A DNA stretch of 64,000 bases from Malacoraja senta (taxonomy: Eukaryota), in contig CM075987.1 of assembly GCA_038087875.1 (NCBI GenBank), positions 18,106,001 through 18,170,000 of the forward strand. Reading direction: 5' to 3'. Made by a program: the position numbers and the translations under genes. Each line of letters starts with the position of its first letter. The stretch's first letter is position 1. Positions 13,825 through 24,914 of the stretch are shown piece after piece. The notes under the pieces were generated by a model that was given only the letters and a program-made list of their open reading frames with translations, had not been told where the DNA came from and did no database searches.

Positions 13825-13852
13825 TATATGTGTCTCTTAGCTGTTTCTATGA

Positions 13853-14150
13853 TTCTATGAATAAAGGGGAGGTCATTTAAGACTGAGGTGAGAAAAAACG
13901 TTTTCACCCAGAGAGTTGTGAATTTATGTAATTCCCTGCCACAGAGGGCAGTGGAGGCCAAGTCACTGGATGGATTTAAGAGAGAGTTAGATAGAGCTTT
14001 AGGGGCTATTGGAGTCAAGGGATATGGGGAGAAGGCAGGCATGGGTTATTGATGGGGGACGATCAGCCATGATCACAATGAATGGCGGTGCTGGCTCGAA
14101 GGGCCGAATGGCCTCCTCCTGCACCTATTCTCTATGTTTCTATGTTTCTA
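13853..14150 (+). mobile_element. CR1 LINE 3' fragment
   Basis: 'FKTEVRK..FTQRVVNL'-type end, CR1 3' UTR and (TTTCTATG)n tail; also at ~53313-53610. Confidence 0.9.
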
Positions 14151-14629
14151 TGGAAATGTCAAAGTTTTCCTGAAGGATGGAACATCGACCAAGAATGTTG
14201 TTATTAAAAGCGTGCTTCATTGAATGACGACTTCTGAGATAAATTCTCAGATTTTCTTTGTTAAAATTTGAGCGCTGAATCTCTCTATATTTAAATGATC
14301 TCTTTTTTTATCAACAGCAAAGAGACATAAAGACGCAGTGAGCAGCAACAAGAGACACAACAAGAAAGAACTTAAGAATTCTCATCTTTAACATTTAAAT
14401 TGTTCTTATATTTTAAGAGTCATTCACATTTTAAACTTTAATAAATCCTTTTTCCACTTTTCATGCCTGCTTGTTCTTCATCACAATGGGAACCTAATGG
14501 GCAGGAATGGATACTCTGTGAGAGAGCCACTAAGAGTGCATGGGGGAAGGTTGTGGGGAGATGCACTGAATGCATGGGGGGAGGGGAATGGCAAAGAGCA
14601 GAGTGGGCGGGTGAAGGGAGCAGGGGTGG

Positions 14630-16430
14630 CTGAGTGAACTGCCAGCGTACCAGGCGTGAGTGACTGCACTGCCAGCCCACGAGCCGTGAGTAAGTGAACT
14701 GCCAGCCCACCAGCTGTCATAGAATCATAGAATCATAGAAAGTAGGTGCGAGAGCAGACCACCAGGTCCATCGAGCCCGCACCGCCATTCGCTCATGGCT
14801 GAACACCAAACAAACACCCCTACCCACAAACAGTAGACACAAGACACAGAACACAAGACACTACCCTCCCCTTTATACCGCTATCACCCCTCTCCACCCC
14901 AAGAACCGCGTGTTCTCCTGGGGGAGGCAAAAAACCGGATAAAAACCCAGGTCCAATTCGGGAAAAAAATCCGGGAAATTCCTCTCCGACCCCAATCCAG
15001 GCGATCGACACTTGTCCAGGAGATCACTCAGGTCTTACTATACTAACCCTACCTAGGTCCATATCCCTGCCCTCTCCCCGTAGCCCCTTATCCCCTTGGC
15101 AGCTAAAAAAACATCTATTTTAGACTTAAATATATTTAATGTTTCTGCTTCCACTGCTCCCTGGGGCAGTGAATTCCATAAATTAACCACCCTCTGGGTG
15201 AAGAAGTTCTTCCTCATCTCAGTTTTAAAAGAGCCCCCCCTTATTCTGCAACTATGTCCCCTAGTTCTAGTTTCCCCGATCATTGGGAACATCCTTGGTG
15301 CATCCACCCGATCAAGGCCCCTCACGATCTTATATGTTTCAATGAGATCGCCTCTCATTCTTCTAAACTCCAAAGAGTAGAGTTCCAGCCTACTTAACCT
15401 TTCCTCATATGTCAATCCCCTCATTGCAGGAATTAATCTTGTAAACCTTCGCTGCACTGCCTCCAGGGCCAGTACATCCTTTCTTAAGTATGGACCCCAG
15501 AACTGTACACAGTATTCCAAATGTGGTCTCACTAATGCTGTGTACAGCTGCAGCAAGACCTCCGTGTTTTTATACTCAATCCCCCTAGCAATAAAGGCCA
15601 AAACTCCATTGGCCTTCCTGATAGCTTGCTGCACCTGCATACTAACTTTTAGTGATTCATGTACTACTACCACTAGATCCCTTTGCGTTGCATTACAGCG
15701 CAGCTCCTCCTCATTTAGAAAATAACTTGCCCTATCATTTTTTTTCCCAAAGTGAATGACTTCACATTTATTAGTATTAAATTTCATCTGCCAAGTTGTT
15801 GCCCACTCACCTAGCTTATCTATATCCTTTTGCAGACTCTTCCTATCCTCCTCATCCCCTACTTTTCTTCCCATTTTTGTATCGTCCGCAAATTTTGATA
15901 TATTACACTTGGTTCCCTCCTCCAAATCATTTATATAAATTGTGAACAACTGGGGTCCCAGCACCGACCCTTGCGGAACCCCGCTAGTTACCGGTTGCCA
16001 TCCCGAATATGAACCATTTATCCCCACTCTCTGCTTCCTATTTGTTAGCCAATCCTCTACCCATGCTAATATATTACCCCCAATCCCATAATTTTTTATT
16101 TTTAGCAATAGTCTCTTATGTGGCACCTTGTCAAAAGCCTTTTGGAAGTCCAAGTATACCACATCCACCGGTTCCCCTTTATCCACCCGGGTTGTTACTT
16201 CCTCAAAGAATTCGAGCAGATTCGTTAAACAGGACTTCCCGCCCACCAGCCGTGAGTGAACTGCCAGCCCACCAGCCATGAGTGACTGCACTGCCAGCCT
16301 ACGAGCCGTAAGTGAACTGCCAGCCCAGAAGCTGTAAGTGACTGAACTGCCAGCCCACCAGCCGTGAGTGACTGCACTGCCAGCCCACGAGCCATGAGTG
16401 ACTGCACTGCCAGCCCACCAGCCGTGAGTG
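14630..16430. repeat. ~26-30-bp minisatellite (gccagcccaccagccgtgagtgactgcact) split by a CR1 insertion
   Basis: Units at 14630-14716 and 16240-16430. Confidence 0.85.
14717..16238 (-). mobile_element. 5'-truncated CR1 LINE with an open RT frame (copy 1 only)
   Basis: '[13 protein letters not shown]', 'GVPQGSVLGP', 'KFADDTK', stop at 15053; (TTCTATGA)n tail at 14718-14740. Confidence 0.95.
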
Positions 16431-16994
16431 ACACTGGGACACTGCCTGATCTCATTAACTGAGCTGCCAGCCCAAGAATTCATTCGGCCCACAATGTCCA
16501 TACTAGCCATCTGGAAACCAGTTCCTTCGGCCCACAACACACATACTAGCGCAACAGAAAGCCCCCCCCCCCCCCCCACTGGCCTGCAATATTGGAATTG
16601 GTGGAGAGGTGGAATATTGCGTTGGGTGCCCAGCCCTCCCGTGTGATGCTGGGACCCAACGGGTCCCACATAGTCTAGTACCTAGTATGTTCTGTTGTGC
16701 TGAAGCAAAGCAAGAATTTCATTGTCCTATCAGGGACACATGACAATAAACTCTCTTGAATCTTAAGGTTAGACTGTGCACATCACTCCCCCCCCCCCTC
16801 CCCTCCCCCTCCCCGCCGTCCCCAACCTCCACCTTGAGTGGGATGCCTGTGCTTCTCTTGGGTCTGTACAATAAACAGGTGGCTGGAGGATCCTCAGCTT
16901 GTGAATCTTTGGTAGAAATAGGTGTAGCCCAGATCACGCGGTGGTTTATCCGAGGTACAGACTTTCTGGTCAATGCAGATCACACACCTGACGG

Positions 16995-17677
16995 GGAGAG
17001 AGGAAGAATGAGAAGGTAGAGAGGGAACTGTGTGTTGGGGTGAGAGGGAGAGGGGGATGAGGAGGTAGATAGGGAATGGTGTGATATAAAGAGGGAGAGA
17101 GGAGGAGAGAGACATGGGGTGGAGTGTGAGATGAGAGTGATGGAGGAGTGGGAGAGAGAGAAGGGGGAGATTGGGAAGAGGGAGCGGGTGGAGCGGGAAG
17201 TGGAGGAGTGTTGGGAGAGAGGGAAGGTGTAGGGAGAGAGAATGGTAGTCGTGTGTGGAGACAGAGGTGGAGGTGAGCGATTGGGAGTGAGAATGGCGTA
17301 TGAGTGTGGGAAGAGATGGGGAGGTGTGTGGGGAGTCAGAGGGGACGAGAGTGAGGAGAGTGGGAATGGAGTGAGGAGAGGGGAGGTGTATTGTGGAGTC
17401 CGAGGACCCGAGGAGTGGGACGAGAGAGGATGTGGGGTAGGAGGCGGCATGAGGAGCGTGTGGATAGCAGGGGGAGGGGTGTGGTGAGTGAGAGGGGGTG
17501 GAGTGAGGGAAACGGGACGGAGGAGTGTGGGTAGAGCGAGGGGATGAGTGTGAGAAGGCTGGTGGGAGTGAGGTGAGCAAGAGGGTCAGGTGTGGGTAGA
17601 GAGAGAGGGGAGGTGTGAGGGTGGTGGGGTGGAGAATGGGGAAGGGGGAGTTGGGGGAGTTGGGGGAGAGTGGAGAG
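16995..17677. repeat. G/A-rich low-complexity tract; continues at 22988-24090 beyond the Harbinger insertion
   Basis: Polypurine composition on the + strand. Confidence 0.9.
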
Positions 17678-17969
17678 TTAAGACTCTGTCTCACGGTGTT
17701 GCGGTCATTGGCGGTGAAGCGCGGCGTCGCTGGAAGAGGGGACCGCACGTCAACCGCGAGAGCGCCGAGCCTATGCCGCGGGAGCGCCGCACGGATGCTG
17801 CGCGGGGGCCGAGTGATCTCAGTACGGCCGGTCCCACGAGCTTGCGGTAAGTTAAAAAAAATTTAGCCTTACCGGAAGCTGTTGCTGTGCGTATGCCGGG
17901 TGACCACCGCACGGCCTGTCCAACGAGCATGCGATCGCGGACTTACCGGAAGCGGGGGGGTGCGCGGAC

Positions 17970-18059
17970 GTCCATTTTGGGAGGAGTCTATAAGCTCGAG
18001 CCTGACGCCATTTTGAGCGTATTTGTGAAGCTCGAGCCTGACGCCATTTTTTTGCAGGT
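17970..18059 (+). promoter_or_regulatory. Putative transposase promoter / non-coding first exon
   Basis: 23-bp direct repeat aagctcgagcctgacgccatttt (17992-18014, 18028-18050) with YY1-like GCCATTTT; donor CAG|GTAATC at 18057/18058; acceptor ttttgcAG at 18621-18622. Confidence 0.55.
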
Positions 18060-18655
18060 AATCAAAATCGCTGGCTATCAAAAAGATATATAATTTTGAA
18101 AATCATGCTGGGAAAAGGTCTTTATTATTGAGAGTCTGAAACATTCTAACCACTATTAATATAATTGATTTATAGCCTGATTTTCTATACCAAGAGGTTT
18201 CTTAGAAACACAACTGTCCCATTATAGTATAATACCTGCACTGATTTAGACTACAGGTGGTTCTGCTATAATATGAGAGTTTTGTTCCTAAAACCTTGTG
18301 TTATAGAAATTTGCTTTATAAAAGACAATTTTATAAAGGGGGTTAGGGCCTAGGAATTGTAGACCAGCAATAACAAAGTTAGTAATAATAATAGGATGAT
18401 TGTAAATAACAATATATCGCTTGTCGACTTCAGTGGTCACTCGTGGTTACAGTAGCAGCTGTGTTCGTAGAGAGACAATGAACATAGAACAGTATAACAC
18501 AGGAACAGGCCCTTTGGTCCACAAAGTCCATGCCAACTCTCCCTACGTAAACTGAGCCTACAGTGAAAGTGAAAATAACTTGTTCAGAATATTTGCACTT
18601 ATTCTTTATCTTAATTTTGCAGCAAACTTTATTTGGACCTGTAAACTACTGCACA

Positions 18656-19960
18656 ATGGAAGAGATTGAGATTGCATTGCTGCTACACCAACAGACACTT
18701 CTCTTAGCAGCAGCCCTCATGGTTGCAGGTCAGCCGTGCAGCAGTTCAACAAAGAAGGTTATGAAGAAGAAGAAGAAGCCCAGGAAGAGGTCTGTGTGGA
18801 CGAGGTCTTTGTTCCGGATGAGACTTACTTTGGGCCAGTATGAGACCATGATGATGGATCTGCAGCGGGTAGATGATGCTGCCTTTAGAAATTTCACCAG
18901 GATCCCCCCTGACCTGTTTCAGGAGCTCAAGACACGAGTCGGACCTCTACTGCAGAAAAGGGACACCGTCATGCGGAAGTCACTGGAACCAGGACTGCGC
19001 CTAGCCATCACCCTCCGCTACCTTGCATCAGGGGATTCCTACAAGAGCCTCTCGTATAACTTCCGTGTGGCTCACAACACCATCAGCAGTGTAGTCCGAG
19101 AGACTTGTGACGCCATCATCAAAACATATGATGAGCTTATTGACTGCCCAACTACACCAGACGGGTGGAGGAGTGTGGCGCACGGCTTTCAAAGCAGTTG
19201 GAACTTCCTGCACACATGTGGGGCTGTTGATGGGAAGCATGTGGCCATCCGGTGTCCACCCGGGGGAGGTTCTGTGTACTTCAACTACAAGAAGTTCCAT
19301 TCCATCGTGCTGTTAGCTGTGGTAGATGCAAACTACAACTTCATGTTTGTGAATGTGGGCACACCTGGCAGTGCCGCAGATGGAGGGATCTGGAGAGAGA
19401 CCTCCCTTGGGCAAGCATTGGAAGAAGGGAGAGCAGGCCTTCCTGATCCAGAACCTCTGCCGGGAGAAGACAACCCTGACATCACCTACGCACTGGTTGG
19501 TGATGATGCCTTCGCACTCAGGCCATGGATGATGAAGCCATACCCTCACAGGGGGATGTCAAGGGAGCAAAGGATCTTCAATTACAGGCTGTCCAGGGCT
19601 AGGAGGGTAGTGGAAAATTCTTTTGGTATCCTTGCTAGCAGATTCAGATGCCTGCTGACAACAATGGAGCAGGAGCCCGAGAATGTGCAGGCCATTGTCT
19701 ACGCGGCATGTGTCCTCCATAACCTGATCCGCACCAGAGGTGCATCTGCAGCCTTGGTGGAGGGTGACACGATGGACAAACAGACTGGTGAAGTCACACC
19801 AGGTTCATGGAGAGCTGCAAGACAGGCATCACTGATGGTGGCACTAGGGTCATTGCAAGGAAACACCAGCAACAAAAGAGCAAAGGAGCTGAGGAACCAT
19901 CTCTGTGCTTACTATAACTCAGAGCGAGGCAGTGTACCCTGGCAGGACAATATGTTTTGA
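18656..19960 (+). CDS. Harbinger (HARBI1-like DDE_Tnp_4) transposase, 434 aa from ATG 18656
   Basis: Uninterrupted ORF; 'LAITLRYLASGDSY' HTH region, catalytic 'GAVDGKH', 'LVGDDAF', 'RVVENSFGILASRFRCL', 'ACVLHN'; AATAAA at 20240. Confidence 0.95.
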   Translation: MEEIEIALLLHQQTLLLAAALMVAGQPCSSSTKKVMKKKKKPRKRSVWTRSLFRMRLTLGQYETMMMDLQRVDDAAFRNFTRIPPDLFQELKTRVGPLLQKRDTVMRKSLEPGLRLAITLRYLASGDSYKSLSYNFRVAHNTISSVVRETCDAIIKTYDELIDCPTTPDGWRSVAHGFQSSWNFLHTCGAVDGKHVAIRCPPGGGSVYFNYKKFHSIVLLAVVDANYNFMFVNVGTPGSAADGGIWRETSLGQALEEGRAGLPDPEPLPGEDNPDITYALVGDDAFALRPWMMKPYPHRGMSREQRIFNYRLSRARRVVENSFGILASRFRCLLTTMEQEPENVQAIVYAACVLHNLIRTRGASAALVEGDTMDKQTGEVTPGSWRAARQASLMVALGSLQGNTSNKRAKELRNHLCAYYNSERGSVPWQDNMF

Positions 19961-20568
19961 GGATCAAAAGCAAACAGGGGATGTCAGGGTTGTCTTCTCA
20001 CGGCAGAGGTACCCGATCATGAAGGCCCCAGATCTAACAAAAGTGCGATCCATGTATGTTGATGGATGGTTTTACATTGTGAAATTATTAATTCTGTGTT
20101 AATAGTAATACCTACATCACTTATTTTAAAATTGCCTGATCTTTAAAGCGTTTAAATGCCATTGTTTGATTTTCATGGCTTATAATGACAAATTTTGCAA
20201 TTCAATGCTATTCTATGCCTGTTTGTGTTTTATTTCTCTAATAAATCAATGCTTTTGTATGTGAGATGCATTCCATCATTAGAGGTTGTTTCCATATGAG
20301 AGATCTACGCCATGATTAACAGACACTTTTTTTCACCATACAATATTAAATTTAAACTGTTTATTTAGTGGAAACAATTAACATATTGAAAAACAAGAAA
20401 TTCTTTTTAAATATGCAACACAATTCCACAGAACATTGTTCATTAGTGCAAGCAAACAAATAACGTAGTGAGAAACAACAGTGAATTAAACGTTAATGTG
20501 CAACACACAAGCACACACCATAGTGAATTTTGGGGGCAATCTCACTCCTTACGGCCCATGTCCACATG

Positions 20569-22437
20569 TCAATTATCAATATAAAATTCTGAGAGTTCTG
20601 TGCCGGAGTTTGTGCTTTCTTCGGGGCCATCAAATTGCACATGAAAATCGCTTTCCCCTAGCCTATCCATGCCACGTGATGAATGATGTGGTGGTGGGGT
20701 GTGTCCACTGACATAGTGGGGGGGGCCTGCCATCCACGGGTATGCCATAGAACGGGATTCCATCCTTGCCTGTGGGCAAAACACATAAGCGTATCAATAT
20801 GTATCGGTGCCAAACAAATCTTATAAAACAAATCACAACCTTTCACAAGCTGTGTGTTAGAGACAATCTTGAGTCAGGCTGAAGACTCACAAATGTTTCA
20901 CAGTGTGCCTGGGGAGGATATTGTGGTGGCATCATCATGGTTTGTTGCAGTGGCACTAATGGCATGGGCCTCATCGGACTCTGCAACACAAAGAAAATCG
21001 TAGTAAATGATTCATAGACAGCATTAAATTAAAACTTTTATAAATTCAATAAACTTTGATTAAAATATTTTACTGGCAGAGCAAGTCTGTGTGCCCTTGC
21101 CAAGGCCAATCCCTCTATACTGTAGCGTTGCCAATTTTCCTCAGGGATCAAAAACATCTCCTCCTTCAGTAACATTGCGTAAGCATGGACGATCCTTTCC
21201 TGCGACGTCCTTGGCTGTGACAAAACGTTTATCATGCCCGACGTTGTCTTTGCCTGTTGCATGATCTGCAACAAGAGAGTACAATCATGATAATTATATT
21301 GTGGGATGCGATGGAGAAACGTGGACGTAGGGCGGAGTGAAAGAGATTTGATGATGGGTAATCCAAAAGCACTTACATCCGTGAACATCTCCCGTTGAAG
21401 ACCTTGAACAGCCACCTCGCTATCTGACGCAGTTGTGCAGGCCCGCTTCCGTTTTGCATGCTGCTGCAGTTCGACAGCAGTGCATGACCCGGATGGTCCA
21501 TGTGAGGGTCCCTCTAGCGGATCAGGCTCGCCCTCACTCGAGTCCGCGCACGTTGATACACCCACAGTACACTTGAAGAAAGTGAATGCATATCATAAAT
21601 GTGCAAGGTCATCAGGACGTAGCAAGAAAAGTGAACAAGTTATCATTGTTAAAATATTTTTGACTGACTTGCCGACAAATATTAATTGTCACATAATTTT
21701 CGTAATTATTCACCTTCCTGCAACTTTCCTTCCTCTGCACTCTTACAATGTGGTCCCGCACGAACCCCCATTTGTCATATATCCACTGGTCTCTGTCAGT
21801 CAGTGTCCTACTGCCAGAGCCAGACTTGCCAAGACTTTGAGAAATTTTCCCGAACCGTGTCCTCTGACTCTTTAGCCATTGACACAGTTGGTCATCTGTG
21901 AAAACATAGAATAAATGAAGATAAGTGTTGAGCAACTTATAATATGAATTGGGACTTCAATTACAAACACAGAAATGTAGATAAACTACAAATTATGTAC
22001 TTACAAGAGCAGTCAGGGAACTCCTTCACCTTTTCTCCAATTCTGACGTTGCGGAGACCCCTGTTCCTAAAATCACGGTGGGTCTTGTCATGCAGCTCAT
22101 GGTGGGCCTGATACCATTCCACCAGGTCCCCCTCTTGTTCCCTTGAAAAATTATATGGCTTTGAGCCAGACCTGTTCCACACCCATGCAGGGACATAAGC
22201 TGGAGCAGGAGATGGGCCAGCAGATGGGGCAGCAGATGGGGAAACAGATGAGGCAGCAGATGGAGAAGCAGATGGGGCAGCAGATGTGGAAGCAGATGGG
22301 GCAGGAGATGGGACAGGTAATGAAGCAGGGGCAGGGGCAGGAGCAGTAGCTGGACCCTCCAGTACCTGAATGTTTTCCATTATTACTTTTTTAACTTTGT
22401 CCTGCATCGATCTTCTTACACTCCTTGTTCTCCTCAT
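20569..22437 (-). CDS. Six-exon MADF/Myb-SANT-like DNA-binding protein of the Harbinger element (430 aa). Exons 22437-22005, 21895-21714, 21571-21377, 21265-21074, 20980-20891, 20769-20569
   Basis: All five introns GT..AG with consistent phase (1,0,0,0,0); spliced 1293 nt open; MADF-like 'FSREQEGDLVEWYQAHHELHDKTHRDFRN...QWLKSQRTRFGK...WGFVRDHI'; minus-strand AATAAA at 20360-20365. Confidence 0.85.
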
Positions 22438-22987
22438 GTTTCTAATAAACTGTCAAACACTCCGTTTGAAAAACGCGGTAAAATGCTACAATGTTGAAGT
22501 CTCAAATCTCGCGTGGTTTGGACGTGAACAGCTAAAAGAGGTGGGCCGACTGCGAAAGGACGTCGTGCGGCGTCGGGTGATGACGACATCGCGCAACGAG
22601 ACGCGCTACGCGATGACGTCATTTAGGATCGCTGGGCTGTTGCGGCGGTAGTGCTGATCGTGGCGCTGTGGCGGCGCCCGTGCCGCACATGTGCCGCACT
22701 GGCGGAGGCTGTGGCGGTGAAGGTTCAACTCGCGGCGCTCTTGCCACACTGGCAGCGGCTGTGGCGGTGACCGTGCCGCACTCGTGCCTCACTGGCGGCG
22801 GCTGTGCGGTAAGATATTATTTTTCGACATTGCTGGCTTTTTGTGAGCACTGTGCGGTGTTGGGACCAATGCCGCACGGCCTCGGCGGTGTGCGTTTCAC
22901 CGAACCCGCGGTCTCTGGCGGTCCACGAGCGGTAGATACTTCCTGTATCACTGCCAATGACCGCAGACTCGTGAGACAGGCCTTTTA

Positions 22988-24090
22988 GTGGAGTAATGGG
23001 GAGGGAGGGGAAGTGTGTGGATGAATGGTGAAGAGTTGGGGGAGAGAGGAGAGTGAGGGGAGAGGGGGAATGGTGGACGGGAGAGGGAGCTAAATGTAGG
23101 AATAAAAGAAGGGGAGGATTGTGTGAGCGAGTGGTGGAGTTGTGTGGGGAGACTGAAGGCGGAGTGAGGGGGAGAGGTGGAGGGGAAGAGGGGACAACGT
23201 GGCAGGGAGAGAGAGTGGGCAATTATGGAGCGATGTTGTGAGGACATCAGGAGGGGATGAGAACGATACGATGTGGAGAGTTTGTAATGAAGTGAGGAGC
23301 GACGGAGTGTGGAGAAAGAGTGAGGGGAGTGGGGAGAAAGATAAAGAGAGAGCGCGAGAGAGAGAGAGAAAGAGAGAGAGTGAGGAATGCGAAGTGAGAG
23401 GTCCGGAGAAATGTCGACAAGGTCGGAGGAGTGGCGGGAGAGAGTGAGCGAGGAGTGGGTAGAGAGAGGGAAGGCAGGGCGAGCGAGTGGGCTGGAGGTG
23501 TGTGTGGATAGGATGGGGGTGGTATGAGGAGAGAGGGGGAGAGAGGGAAGGTGGGGAGAGAGAGAGGAGGCCGGAGGTGTGTGGGGATAGGGTGGTGGTG
23601 GTATGAGGAGAGAGGGGGAGAGAGGGAAGGTGGGGAGAGAGAGAGAGGGCCGGAGGTGTGTGGGGATAGGGTGGTATGAGGAGAGAGAGGGAGAGAGGGG
23701 CATTGTGTGGAGAGCGATGGGGAGGAGTGTGGAGAGAGAGTGCGGGATATTGGGAAAGGGGATGGGGTGGGAAGAGTGGAAAGGGAGGTTTGCGGATAGA
23801 GTGCGGGAGGAAGGGATGAGGAGAGAAAGAGGGCCGGAGGAGGGTGGGGAGAGAGAGTTGCTGTGGTTAGAGAGATGCGGGGGAATGGGCAGAGTGGGGT
23901 AGGTGTGGAGGAGTGGGGTGAGAGGGGGAGGAGGATGGCAGAGAGGGATTAGGAGGGGAGAGAGGTAGAGGATTGGAGAGAGATATGATTTGGGAGATTG
24001 AGAGGCGAGTGCGAGGGAATAGGGCGGTGTGCGGGACGAAGGGGAGAGTGGGGATGAGGAAAGGGAGGCAGCTGGAGAGGGGGGGGGAGA
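22988..24090. repeat. G/A-rich low-complexity tract
   Basis: Polypurine composition, local internal duplications at ~23520-23700. Confidence 0.9.
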
Positions 24091-24431
24091 GTCGGACTCT
24101 GGTAAGGCGACGGCTGCGGCCCACTGGTGGGCGGTGGAATGGCCACGGCCGGCAGAGCTGCAGGGAGTGGAGTGGCACACGGGCGAAGCGTCGGGAGTGC
24201 CTGTCAGTGGATAAACGGGAAGGCAGTGAGGGTGGATGGCTCCGGTGAGGCAGCGAGGGTCGGCAGTGTCGCTGAAGGTCGGCGGCAACGGCCACAGGTG
24301 AGGCCGCGTGGAGAGGTCCATGACAGCGTCATCCTTGGTGATCCAGGCCCGAGATCGGTCAGGAAGGCAGTGAGTGTTGGTGCTGCTCCTCGTGGCAGCA
24401 ATGGTGTCATGGGGCTGTCAGTTCTGCCTGT

Positions 24432-24752
24432 CCCTTACTCCCCCAAGCTGGCTACCTACCATTCCCCTTACTCCCCCAAGTTGGCTACCTCCCATTTCCC
24501 TTACACCCCCAAGCTGGCTACCTATCATTCCCCTTACTCCCCCAAGCTGGCTACCTACCATTCCCTTTACTCCCCCAAGTTGGCTACCTCCCATTTCCCT
24601 TACACCCCCAAGCTGGCTACCTACCATTCCCTTTACTCCCCCAAGTTGGCTACCTCCCATTCCCCTTACTCCCCCAAGCTGGCTACCTCCCATTCCCCTT
24701 ACTCCCCCAAGCTGGCTTCCTCCCATTCCCCTTACTCCCCCAAGCTGGCTTC
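24432..24752. repeat. 33-bp minisatellite, ~9.5 copies
   Basis: Unit ccccaagctggctacctaccattccccttactc. Confidence 0.95.
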
Positions 24753-24914
24753 CACCGCACTGTGACGGGCTGTGGGTCAGCAGCGCTCACATACGGGGCC
24801 GCGGCTCCGGGCAACGGACACACGGGGCCAGCAACATACCCGTCAGTCTGGTCCCTCCGCCCACCCAGAGTCACTGACCACATTGCACCGGCACTGGCAC
24901 CATGACCCCCCACC

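Larger units (their letters stand above)
13401..14223 (+). pseudogene. Helitron RepHel (Pif1-like helicase) C-terminal remnant with internal deletion
   Basis: 'LLNAEQRAVY' fused to 'QFPIQSSFAMTIYKAQGQTMQKVLIYLDKPVFQHGKLYVSL'; after the insertions it resumes 'YGNVKVFLKDGTSTKNVVIKSVLH*' (14149-14223). Confidence 0.88.
8969..16678 (+). mobile_element. Probable non-autonomous Helitron (copy 1) with nested insertions
   Basis: A|TC start (TCTATTTTACTAAAAC at 8969); 3' hairpin GGGACCC-AAC-GGGTCCC at 16651-16667, then CTAG|T at 16675-16679; internal Pif1-type helicase remnant; pairing of the two ends is inferred. Confidence 0.7.
17681..22984 (+). mobile_element. Complete PIF/Harbinger DNA transposon, 5304 bp
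   Basis: TTA at 17678-17680 and 22985-22987; TIRs 17681-17717 and 22948-22984 (28/37 identical; cores CTGTCTCACG and TGCGGTCATTGGC); transposase plus convergent MADF gene. Confidence 0.93.

Noticed and set aside
13401..13880. Functional PIF1 helicase gene
   Set aside because: Walker A/B core deleted and interrupted by insertions; Helitron remnant
15053..16669. 538-aa novel repeat-RT fusion protein
   Set aside because: Chance read-through from the Helitron end and minisatellite into a 5'-truncated CR1; non-ATG start; absent in copy 2
18563..19960. Calling the transposase the domesticated host gene HARBI1, or starting it at 18563
   Set aside because: It lies inside TIRs and a TTA TSD with its Myb-like partner; 18563 is a GTG upstream of a splice acceptor and the first ATG is 18656
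22948..24321. 457-aa Pro/Ser/Leu ORF (also 16894-17748)
   Set aside because: Mostly the stop-poor complement of a polypurine tract; crosses the transposon boundary
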